The notes under the pieces are model-generated. The model had not been told where the DNA came from. It did no database searches and saw only the letters and a program-made list of their open reading frames with translations. This document shows positions 1 through 11,239 of a stretch of DNA of 64,000 nt, piece after piece. Source of the DNA: Thermoanaerobaculia bacterium (GTDB lineage Bacteria; Acidobacteriota; Thermoanaerobaculia; Multivoradales; UBA5704); contig JBGAGQ010000005.1 in the NCBI GenBank assembly GCA_044226625.1, positions 32,001 through 96,000 on the forward strand, given 5' to 3'. The position numbers were made by a program, and so were the translations under genes. Within the stretch, counting starts at the first letter, position 1; each line of letters opens with the position of its first letter.

Positions 1-415
1 GCGATCCGGCGACCGCCTCGGCGGCGAGTCTCCCTTTCTGCCCCCCGCCGCCGCTCGGCCGCAGAGCCTTTGCCGCCGCGAAGCTCGGTTGCTCCGCGGC
101 TGGAGCGGTTGCCGACATTGCGGCAGATGCCGCCCGGAGCGCTTCGTCCATCGTCAGGATCTTGCCGGCAACCGGGGCGAGGACCGGCGCCGCTGGTGTG
201 CCCTGCATCCGGACTGGTTCGTCGCCCGGCATCGGGACTCCGGTGGCGGGTGCGGAGATAGGCTGGCCCGGCTGGGCCTCGCCCTGTTTCGACTGGGCGC
301 CCGCGTCGGGCGGCGGTTCTTGGGCGGACGTGGGATAGGGCAGCAACGCCGCGGACCAGAGGCCGGCCACGAGGGCCAGGGTCGATACGCGCCGGGGTTT
401 TCTCGTTCGTTTCAT
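1..415 (-). CDS. Secreted Pro/Ala-rich hypothetical protein, partial (runs off window start)
   Basis: ATG at 415 with AGGAG RBS upstream; hand translation MKRTRKPRRVSTLALVAGLWSAALLPYPTSAQEPPPD... is signal-peptide-like and open to base 1; not in ORF track because no stop in window; directly downstream of the M64 gene. Confidence 0.6.
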   Translation of the reverse strand, partial: MKRTRKPRRVSTLALVAGLWSAALLPYPTSAQEPPPDAGAQSKQGEAQPGQPISAPATGVPMPGDEPVRMQGTPAAPVLAPVAGKILTMDEALRAASAAMSATAPAAEQPSFAAAKALRPSGGGGQKGRLAAEAVAGS

Positions 416-471
416 GACGAAGCTCCTCGATCTCGTCTCAGTTGCAGTCGCATCGGCCGGGGGGCGAACGA

Positions 472-2670
472 TCAGGGCAGGCTGTCCGACCAGGGTTTGG
501 CGTCGTAGAGCGGGCTCAGGATCCAGTGGTAGTAGTGGCGGTCCATCACGAAGCCGCCAGCCGCCTTACGGAGCAGGCCGAACCACTCGTTGTTGCGGAT
601 GAAGAGGTCGGCTTTACCGGCGCCTCCTTCGTAATTCGCCGCGGCGAGCTTGTCGACGTTGCCCAAGTTCCAGCCGCCGGCTCCCGGGATGCCGAGCACC
701 CAGTCCGACGACCAGCTACCCAAGAGAGCGGTGCCGTTGGAGATCAACGTCCCCAGGTATTCTGTCGGCCAATCGACTTTCGGGTTGAACACGAACAGGT
801 CGGCTTTGCCGTCCTTGTTGGCGTCGCTCACGAAGAAGCGGTCGCCCTTCTTCATCGTCCAACCCGGAATGTTCGGCGCCCAGCCGGTCGCCGGATCGTC
901 GTCGTAACGCTTCACGTAGGCGAGCGCGGCGCCGGTCGAACGGGTCATCTCGAAATAGGCGACGCTCCAATCCTGGCCGTTGAAGACGTAGAGGTCGTCC
1001 TTGTGGTCGCCGTCGAAGTCGCCGACCAAATGGCTGTCGTGGGCGCCCATGTTCCAGCCGGAGGGGAGCGTCCCCGTGTACAGCTTGATGTCCGAGAGGG
1101 CGGCGCCGGACGACTTGATCATGCCGAGATATTTGGGCGACCAGTTCGTGCCGTTGAAGACGTAGAGGTCGTCTTTGTTGTCGCCGTCGAAGTCTCCCAC
1201 CATGTACCGGTCGCCCGCCGCCATGATCCAGCCCGGGATCGAGGCGTCGTAGCGCCGGACCCCGGATATCGAGGTGCCGGACGACTTGAGCATGCCCAGA
1301 TACTTGGTGCTCCAGCTGGAGCCGGAGAAGAGGTAGAGGTCGTCCTTGCCGTCGCCGTCGAAGTCCGCCACGAACAGCTGGTCGGAAACGCCCAGATTGC
1401 CGTATCCGGGGATGCTGCCGTTGTAGTGGATGACCGTCTCGAGGCCGGTGCCGTTCGAGCGCAGGAGACCGAGCCATTTCGTGCCCCAGCTCGTCGTGTT
1501 GAGCACGTAGACGTCGTCTTTGCCGTCGCCGTTCCAGTCGGCGACGAAGAAACGGTCGCCCGAGGCGAGCGTCCAGTAATACGAGCTCGCCGGCGCCGAC
1601 GGAACCCGGTTGTTGGCGACCCATACCTCGTCCAACCGGTTAGGGCCCGGGCTCGCGCGGTAGATCGCGAGGTCGCCGCCGTTCTGCACTAGCACGTCGT
1701 CCCTGCCATCGCCGTTGAAATCGCCGTAGACCGCGTTGGCGAAAGTGTGGCCGAGGTTGGGATAGAGCGCCTTGCGCATCAAGGTCTGACAGACCGGACA
1801 GTAATCGGGCGTGTTGCCGCGCATGCGGCAGTTGTTCACCGGCCGATAGATGCCGCTGACCTTGGTACCGCACCCTTGGAAAATGCCCACCGTCCGGTTG
1901 CTGTCCATTCCGCCGCCGAACGTGGTCGGCACCGGAGTCGACGGGTTGATGAAGCGGTTCCAGAAGTTGTTCGCGCGGCTCGTATTGGTCGAGCAGTTGC
2001 GCTCGTTGGTCGCGCCGCCGGAATAGGCGCCGTCGACCGAGTACTCGTCCCAGAGGCCGCCGATGCCGTGGCCGTATTCGTGCGCCACGACGTCCCAGCC
2101 GACCGCCTTGGTCACGTGCTGCCGGCCGCCGCCGCCGCAACCGCCGAAACCGACCTCGTTGAGGAGGATCAGGACGTAGTCGTAATGGGAGACGTTCGCG
2201 GCCAGCGCGGCGAGGATCTTCGCGTCGGTGTCGCTCGAGTACTCCATCCAGCAATGCGCCCACGACCCCGAAAAGATCATCTTGAGCGCCGTGTTCTTCA
2301 CCGTCGTACTGGTGATCGTGTCATCGCTCGAGTCGGCCGGCGTCCCGTGCTCGTCATAGACGCGGCGGGTCACGCCGGATTGCGCCGAGACGAGATTCAG
2401 ACGATAGACGTTGAAGGCATTCTGCTCGGTGCGGTAGAAGTCGTGGTCGAAGACCCCCTTGAGCACCAGGTTGTCGACGTCCGTGTTGTAGGTCGCCTGG
2501 TCACCGGAGGCGTAGCCGTCGCCCAGGACCACCAAGATCTTCTTGCCGGCGTCCGAGCCGTTGTCGATCACCTTGGTGCACTGCGCGCCGATGCACGAAG
2601 CCCGGCCGGGGCTCGCAAAGACCAGGGCGCCGAACAGCATCGCCGCTGTCAAAGCAAACACTTTCTTCAT
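472..2670 (-). CDS. Secreted M64-family (IgA peptidase-like) metallopeptidase with C-terminal FG-GAP/VCBS repeats
   Basis: Signal peptide; LVVLGDGY, FNVY, HEYGHGIGGLWDEY zinc motif, CRMR and YCPVC typical of M64; about six DF(D/N)GDGKDDL-type repeats. Confidence 0.85.
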   Translation of the reverse strand: MKKVFALTAAMLFGALVFASPGRASCIGAQCTKVIDNGSDAGKKILVVLGDGYASGDQATYNTDVDNLVLKGVFDHDFYRTEQNAFNVYRLNLVSAQSGVTRRVYDEHGTPADSSDDTITSTTVKNTALKMIFSGSWAHCWMEYSSDTDAKILAALAANVSHYDYVLILLNEVGFGGCGGGGRQHVTKAVGWDVVAHEYGHGIGGLWDEYSVDGAYSGGATNERNCSTNTSRANNFWNRFINPSTPVPTTFGGGMDSNRTVGIFQGCGTKVSGIYRPVNNCRMRGNTPDYCPVCQTLMRKALYPNLGHTFANAVYGDFNGDGRDDVLVQNGGDLAIYRASPGPNRLDEVWVANNRVPSAPASSYYWTLASGDRFFVADWNGDGKDDVYVLNTTSWGTKWLGLLRSNGTGLETVIHYNGSIPGYGNLGVSDQLFVADFDGDGKDDLYLFSGSSWSTKYLGMLKSSGTSISGVRRYDASIPGWIMAAGDRYMVGDFDGDNKDDLYVFNGTNWSPKYLGMIKSSGAALSDIKLYTGTLPSGWNMGAHDSHLVGDFDGDHKDDLYVFNGQDWSVAYFEMTRSTGAALAYVKRYDDDPATGWAPNIPGWTMKKGDRFFVSDANKDGKADLFVFNPKVDWPTEYLGTLISNGTALLGSWSSDWVLGIPGAGGWNLGNVDKLAAANYEGGAGKADLFIRNNEWFGLLRKAAGGFVMDRHYYHWILSPLYDAKPWSDSLP

Positions 2671-2752
2671 GGCTCTCTCCTTTGCCTCGCAGGAGAGGGC
2701 GCTTTCGCCGGGAGAAAAGTTACAGGCGATTCTTAAACTGCCGAAACGATCC

Positions 2753-3621
<869 letters not shown>

Positions 3622-3625
<4 letters not shown>

Positions 3626-4679
3626 CGCCGTCCACCTCCCGCGGTGGTCCTTTCGCGCGCCCCCACCGCGACGAACAGGATGATCAGCGCCTGGAGCACG
3701 AAGATCAGGTCTTTCGAGACCTTCTCCGTGAAGATGTCAACGAACAGGCCGCCGCGCAGCAGGGCGCCGAACAGGAGCGCCGATAGGAGCACGCCGAGCG
3801 GCCGGTTGCGGCCGAGCAGCGCGACGGCGATTCCGGTGAAGCCGTAGCCGGCCGAGAAACCGTCGTAGTAGCGATAGCGGTAACCGAGCACCTCGGAGAC
3901 CGCGACCAGACCGGCGAGGCCTCCCGACAGCGCCATGGCGAGGACGATCTGGCGCGGCGTCGAGATGCCGCCGTACTCGGCGGCATCGGGGTTGGCGCCG
4001 GTCGCGCGGATCTCGTAGCCCCAGCGGGTGCGCTTCAGGAAGAGCGCGACCGCGACGCACATGGCAAGCGCGAGCAGGAAGGCGACCGACAGGGGGATCC
4101 GCTCCGGAAAGCCGGGCAGGAAACGGCCGAAGCGCGGAATCTGCGCCGCCGCCGGGATCGGCACCGTCTCGAGCAACGCGTCACCCGGCTTCTTGTAGTG
4201 GTATTCGGTGAAATAGCTCGCGATCGCCACGGCGACGAAGTTGAGCATGATCGTCGTGATCACCTCGTGCGCCCCGAAACGCGCCTTGAGCACGCCGGGC
4301 ACAGCTCCCCAGAGCGCTCCGGCGAGTACCGCGGCGGCGATACACAGCGGCACCAGCAGAAAGGCCGGCGCTCCGGCGAAGGTGATGCCGGCCCAGGCGG
4401 CGGCGAAGGCGGCGAGCGTGAGCTGCCCTTCGGCTCCGATGTTCAACAGGCCCGCACGCATCGCGAGCGCTACGGCGAGGCCGGTGAAGATCAGCGGCGT
4501 GGCGTAGAACAGCGTGTACCCGATGCCGTCGGGCCAGGTGAGGGCGCTGCTGATCAACAGGGTGAAGGTCTGGACGGGGGAGTCGCCGACCATCGCCACG
4601 ATCACCCCGCCGACGACGAAGGCGGCCAGGACGGCGAGGATCGGGGGCGCCCAGCCGGGCAGGTTCTTGGTCGGGTCCT

Positions 4680-4683
<4 letters not shown>
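3622..4683 (-). CDS. Nucleoside/simple-sugar ABC transporter permease (NupP/YufP-like)
   Basis: [32 protein letters not shown] motifs; ATG at 4683 overlaps upstream stop (ATGA). Confidence 0.9.
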
Positions 4684-6239
<1,556 letters not shown>

Positions 6240-6272
6240 GGAGTCTGGGGTCTCGGTTCGGAAAGGCGCCGG

Positions 6273-7280
6273 CTAGTTCGCCATCGCGTCGGTGACCTTG
6301 ATCTCGCCGCGGATGATCTTCGCCTTCGCGGCTTCGACCTCGACGATCACCGGGTCCGGGATCAGCCCGGCGTTGTACTGGTCCATGGCGTAGCCGATCC
6401 CCCCGTTGTCCAGGCCGTAGACGTGGATGCCCCCCTTGAAGCGACCTTGGACGCGATCCTCGATGATCTGGTAGACAGCGTTGTCGATCCGCTTGACCAT
6501 GCTGGTGAGCACGTGGCCGGGCTTCACCCAGTTCTGGTTGGAGTCGACGCCGATGATGAGCTTGTCGCGCTGCTCGACCGCGTCGAAGACGCCGAGCCCG
6601 GAGTTACCGGCGGCGGCGAAGATCACGTCCGCCCCTTTGCCGATCTGCGCCTCGGCCAGCTCCTTGCCCTTGCCGGGGTTGTTCCAGGCCGATTCGGTGA
6701 CCCCGACGTAGTTGGGAATCACCTTGACGTCCGGACGCACGGCGCGCGCCCCTTCCTCATAGCCGGTCGCGAAGCGGTGGATCAGGGGGATGTCCATGCC
6801 GCCGACGAAGCCGAGCACCCCGGTTCTGCTCTTGCGGGCGGCGATCATCCCGACCAAATAGGAGCCCTCGTGCTCTTTGAAGACCAGCGAGGCGACGTTC
6901 GGCAGGTCGAGCACGCCGTCGACGATCGCGAACTGGAGCTTCGGATAGTCGCGGGCGACGGCATCGACGATCGGCATCTGGGCGAAGCCGATGCCGATGA
7001 TCAGGTCGTAATTGCGCTCGGCGAACGCGCGCATCGCCGGCTCGAGGGAGGTCGGGTCGCCCGGCTCGGCGTCGCGCAGCACGATCGGGAAGTCCTTTGC
7101 CGCGCGCTGCACGCCCTGCCAGGCCGCGGCGTTGAACGACCGGTCGTCCTTGCCGCCGCTGTCGAACACGATGCCGACGTGGACCTTGCCGGCCTCGGCC
7201 GGCGGCGCTCCCGCCATACGGCAGCCCGCGAGCAGCAGGCCCGCCGCCAAGACCACCGACCCCACGTTCGTGCGCCACAT
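6273..7280 (-). CDS. BMP-family nucleoside-binding lipoprotein
   Basis: Start trimmed to MWRTNVG; lipobox LAGC; GGKDDRSFN, FKEHEGSYLVG, IGVDSNQ, TSMVKRID motifs. Confidence 0.9.
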   Translation of the reverse strand: MWRTNVGSVVLAAGLLLAGCRMAGAPPAEAGKVHVGIVFDSGGKDDRSFNAAAWQGVQRAAKDFPIVLRDAEPGDPTSLEPAMRAFAERNYDLIIGIGFAQMPIVDAVARDYPKLQFAIVDGVLDLPNVASLVFKEHEGSYLVGMIAARKSRTGVLGFVGGMDIPLIHRFATGYEEGARAVRPDVKVIPNYVGVTESAWNNPGKGKELAEAQIGKGADVIFAAAGNSGLGVFDAVEQRDKLIIGVDSNQNWVKPGHVLTSMVKRIDNAVYQIIEDRVQGRFKGGIHVYGLDNGGIGYAMDQYNAGLIPDPVIVEVEAAKAKIIRGEIKVTDAMAN

Positions 7281-7422
7281 GTTTCGGAGCGGCAGGCTAG
7301 CGCGAGCGACCGGGCGCGGGCAAGCGGCTGGCGGGAGAAAGACGAGAAATCCTCGCCGAGCTTTCGCGAGCGCGCGCCGGCCCGCCCCGACACCGGTTCG
7401 GGCTCGATCGTCGCGGACGGGC

Positions 7423-7980
7423 TTACTCGTCGCCTTGCGGTTCAATCTCCTCGGTCTCGGCGAGCAATCGGTCGAGCTCGGCGGTCTCGGAGAGGCGGTC
7501 GAATTCGCTGGTCTCGCCGCGCCGACGGCGCGGGCCGCCGGTGTGCTGGATGCGTTCGAGCGCGGTCTGGCCGCCGTACTTCTCGACGATCCGGTCGTCG
7601 TAGTCGTCGGCGACCGTCGCAACCGCGGTGATCGCACGCAGGAGGTCGCGCGGCTCGAGGTCGCGGCCGAACAGGGAGTGCGAGAAGAAGACGTCGTCGT
7701 CCACGAGCGAGAAATGCCCGAGGGCGAGGTTGTGGTTGAGCTCGAGCAGCCCTAGCAATAGGTCGTCGGCCGCGTCCACGCCCTGGACGCAGTAGGACAT
7801 GATGCGGACCATCACCTCGTCCGGCCCGTATGGCTCGACCGAGATCTCGAGCACGGTGGTCCCATAGCGGACGTAGAAATGACCCTCTTCGGGGTCGCAA
7901 TAGGGGTCGTCGAAGAACTCCGATAGGTACTCGCGGACCCGACGAAAGGTCTCCTCCTGGATCGCGTGCTTTCCTGACAT
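7423..7980 (-). CDS. YbjN / T3SS-chaperone-like domain protein
   Basis: Acidic 185 aa; LLELN...LGHFSL...VADDYDD pattern typical of YbjN family; RBS upstream. Confidence 0.7.
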   Translation of the reverse strand: MSGKHAIQEETFRRVREYLSEFFDDPYCDPEEGHFYVRYGTTVLEISVEPYGPDEVMVRIMSYCVQGVDAADDLLLGLLELNHNLALGHFSLVDDDVFFSHSLFGRDLEPRDLLRAITAVATVADDYDDRIVEKYGGQTALERIQHTGGPRRRRGETSEFDRLSETAELDRLLAETEEIEPQGDE

Positions 7981-8242
7981 AAGGCTCCCCTCTTCCTTCT
8001 AAAAGAGGAGTGTATCTCGCCCCGCGTAGCGAGCGCTTCCGAACGGCGCGGTCGAGCGCCGGCGAGGGAGCCCGAACGGGGTCTCGCCGCCGTTGACACC
8101 TCTAGACCCGTGGGCTAACGTTCATCATCGCCCTTTCCAGGCGCTTACAAATCTTTGAACGAGCAGATCTTGTCTCGATTGAACGATTGATGGACATACC
8201 ATCTCAAATCCAACGCAAATACCGGCAGCTTCTGCCAGGAGG

Positions 8243-9553
8243 ATGACAGGCATGCGCAGGCTAGGAACTTCTTTGATCGGCACCGCGCTCTCGGCTTTGG
8301 CCCTGGCCGCGGCGGCCGGCCCGTCGTACGCGGCGGGCTTCGGCATCTTCGAGCAGGGCACGAAGGCGATGGGCATGGCCGGCGCGTTCACCGCGCAGGC
8401 GGACGACGGCTCGGCGATGTTCCACAACGCGGGCGGGCTCGCGTTCGCCACCGAGCGGGAAATCTCGGGCGGCTTGGTCCTCTTCCACACCACCAAGGCC
8501 GATTTCGACGGCGCGTCGCCGTTCCCGGGACCGAATTCGCACGCGGAACAGAAGACTCTTTCGCAGCTCCTTCCCCACGCCTATTGGGTCCAGCCGATCA
8601 ACCAGACCTGGAAGTTCGGCGTCGGTCTGGAAGCGCCGTTCGGTCTCACCACGGAGTGGAACGCGAACACCTTCTCCGGCCGTTACCTGAGCACCAAAGC
8701 GGCGGTGCGCGCGGTCGACATCAACCCGACGATCGCCTGGCAGGTGACGCCGAGCTTCGGCATCGGCTTCGGCGCGATCGCACGCTTCTCCGACATCGAG
8801 CTCCGGCGCCGCGTTCCGGCGGTCAACCCGTTCACCCAGCAGGTCGTCGACGTGGCTTCGATCAAGCTCCAGTCCGACCTCGAGAACGCCTACGGTTGGA
8901 ACATCGGCATTCTGCACAAGTTCAACAATAGCTTCTCGTGGGGCCTCTCCTACCGGAGCAAAGTGAAGACCGATTACGAAGGCGACGGCCGCCTGACCCA
9001 GGTCTCGACCGGTAACGCCCAACTCGACGCGGTGCTCCGCACCCGCCTGCCGTTCGACCGCGACCTACCGATCGCCACCTCGATCGAGTACCCCGACATG
9101 GCGAGCCTCGGTCTCGCGTTCTCGCTGTCGCCGAGCCTTCTGCTCGAAACCGACGTCAACTGGACCGGCTGGAGCTCGTTCGACACCACCACGATCCGCT
9201 TCACCGGCGGCGACCTGCCGAACTCGACGATTCGCTCGGAGTGGAAGGACGTCGAGAACTACCGCGCCGGCCTGCGCTGGACCACCAGCGCCACCTCGGA
9301 ATGGCGCTTCGGCTACGTCTACGACGAAACGCCGCAGCCGGAAGAGGCGGTAACGCCGCTGCTCCCGGACGCCGACCGCAACGGCGTGACGATCGGTTAC
9401 GGCCACAAGGGGGCCTCGTACAAGGCCGACTTCGCGCTCATGTACCTCGACTTCAAGGACCGCACCCGCAAGAAGACCTTCGACGGCGAGAGCCCGTTCC
9501 TCGGCACGTACCAGACCAAGGCGCTGCTCGCTAGCGCGACCATCACCTTCTAA
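8243..9553 (+). CDS. fadL: FadL/OmpP1 outer-membrane long-chain fatty-acid transporter
   Basis: Signal peptide; AGFGIFEQG..AMGMAGA..AQADD...FHNAGGL hatch motif; PFGLTTEW; C-terminal Phe. Confidence 0.88.
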   Translation: MTGMRRLGTSLIGTALSALALAAAAGPSYAAGFGIFEQGTKAMGMAGAFTAQADDGSAMFHNAGGLAFATEREISGGLVLFHTTKADFDGASPFPGPNSHAEQKTLSQLLPHAYWVQPINQTWKFGVGLEAPFGLTTEWNANTFSGRYLSTKAAVRAVDINPTIAWQVTPSFGIGFGAIARFSDIELRRRVPAVNPFTQQVVDVASIKLQSDLENAYGWNIGILHKFNNSFSWGLSYRSKVKTDYEGDGRLTQVSTGNAQLDAVLRTRLPFDRDLPIATSIEYPDMASLGLAFSLSPSLLLETDVNWTGWSSFDTTTIRFTGGDLPNSTIRSEWKDVENYRAGLRWTTSATSEWRFGYVYDETPQPEEAVTPLLPDADRNGVTIGYGHKGASYKADFALMYLDFKDRTRKKTFDGESPFLGTYQTKALLASATITF

Positions 9554-9573
9554 GAGCTCGGAGAACCCAGCCC

Positions 9574-10941
9574 ATGCGTAGGTATTCGCTCGCTCTGCTC
9601 GCCCTTCTCGCCCTGGCGCTTCCCGCGCTCGGGCAGGCCGATTTCACCCGTTACGTCGCGCTCGGCGACAGCTTGACCGCCGGTTATCAGAGCGGCGGTC
9701 TCGCCGGCTCGATCTCCCGGAACAGCTATCCCGCCCTGATCAGCCGCCAGGCGCGTCCCGGCGCGGCGTTCGACCAGCCGCTGATCAGCGATCCGGGCAT
9801 CCCGGCGGTGATGGAACTGCGCAGCCTTTCCGGTCCGACAATCCTGCCGAAGGGCGGCGGTCCGGCGACGTTGACCAACCCGCTCCTCACCCGTCCGTAC
9901 AACAACCTGGGCGTTCCGGGTGCGAACGTGCGCGACACCGTCTCGACGGTGACCGGTAATCTCCACGATGTGGTTCTTCAGTCGTTCAGCCCGGCGTTGC
10001 GGGGTCGCTCCGCGCTCCAGCAGGCGATCCAGCAGAACCCGACGTTCGTGACGATCTGGATCGGCAACAACGACGTGCTCGGCGCGGCGACGTCGGGCGT
10101 CGTGATCGAAGGTGTCACGATCACCCCGGTCGCCCGGTTCGAGGCCGACCTGCGCGCCATCGCTTCGGCGATCGCAGCTACGGGCGCCCGGATGGCGTTC
10201 GGCAACATCCCCGACGTGACGACGATCCCGTTCGTCACGACGGTTCCCCGGTTCGTCGTCAACCCCGCCACCAGCCAGCCGGTCCTGGTCAACGGCCAGC
10301 CGGTGCCACTGATCGGCCCGAACGGTTCGCTCGTCGCGGGCGATCGCGTGCTGCTCACCGCGACCACCGAGCTGCGCGCGGGAAAGGGCATTCCGGTCGC
10401 TCTCGGCGGCACGGGACAGCCGCTGTCCAACACCTCGGTGCTGAGCGTGGCGGAGATCGCGACGATCTCGGCGCGCGTGGCGGCCTACAACAACATCATC
10501 GCCACCGTCGCTAACGAGCGCGGCGCGGCGCTGGTCGACGTCAACGGTGTGTTGACCCAGGCGGCGGCCCGCGGCATCTCGGTGGGCGGCGTCACCTTCA
10601 CCCCGTCGTTCCTTACCGGCGGCATCTTCTCGTATGACGGCGTCCACCCGACCTCGTTCGGCTACGCCTACATCGCGAACGTCTGGATCCAGGCGATCAA
10701 CGCGCGGTACGGCACGAGCGTCCCGCCCGTCGACCTTTCGCCGTTCATCTTCGGAGGAGCTTCGGAGGCGGAGGGTGGCGTCCTGGTCGGAGACGACACC
10801 GAAGGGGCGGAGTACTTCTCGGTCCTGTTCAGCGACGAGGCGAAGCACAACCTGTTCTCCAGCCTGAACATCCCGGAGAACCCGCAGGCCCCGCCCTCCG
10901 GCGGCGGCCGCGGCGGCCGTCGCGGCGGGCGCCGGCACTAA
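9574..10941 (+). CDS. Secreted SGNH/GDSL lipase/esterase
   Basis: Signal peptide; GDSLTAG, NNLGVPGA, IGNND, DGVHP blocks. Confidence 0.88.
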   Translation: MRRYSLALLALLALALPALGQADFTRYVALGDSLTAGYQSGGLAGSISRNSYPALISRQARPGAAFDQPLISDPGIPAVMELRSLSGPTILPKGGGPATLTNPLLTRPYNNLGVPGANVRDTVSTVTGNLHDVVLQSFSPALRGRSALQQAIQQNPTFVTIWIGNNDVLGAATSGVVIEGVTITPVARFEADLRAIASAIAATGARMAFGNIPDVTTIPFVTTVPRFVVNPATSQPVLVNGQPVPLIGPNGSLVAGDRVLLTATTELRAGKGIPVALGGTGQPLSNTSVLSVAEIATISARVAAYNNIIATVANERGAALVDVNGVLTQAAARGISVGGVTFTPSFLTGGIFSYDGVHPTSFGYAYIANVWIQAINARYGTSVPPVDLSPFIFGGASEAEGGVLVGDDTEGAEYFSVLFSDEAKHNLFSSLNIPENPQAPPSGGGRGGRRGGRRH

Positions 10942-10995
10942 GAGCCGAGCGTCGAGACGGTTCCCCTACGAGCTGCGGGGACAAAGACGAGAACG

Positions 10996-11020
10996 GGGGC
11001 GGAGCGATCCGCCCCTTTTT
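10996..11020 (+). terminator. Rho-independent terminator after fadL-lipase
   Basis: GGGGCGGA-GCGA-TCCGCCCC stem-loop followed by TTTTT. Confidence 0.8.
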
Positions 11021-11239
11021 CGTTGGCTACTAACTACGGCACTCCAGCCACGACCTTTTCGTTCGATCCGCTTGCGAGGGCCGCTTCGCAAGGCAAGATC
11101 GCTCGAGTCGCCGTTCCTGGGACCGCCGGCGTCCTCGCCGGCCTAACGCCTCGTCGGCGATGAACGCTCTCTCGCACTACGGCCCCGTGACTCCCTCGGG
11201 GAACCAGCCCGCTCGCACCATAGAATGCGCGCAATCATC

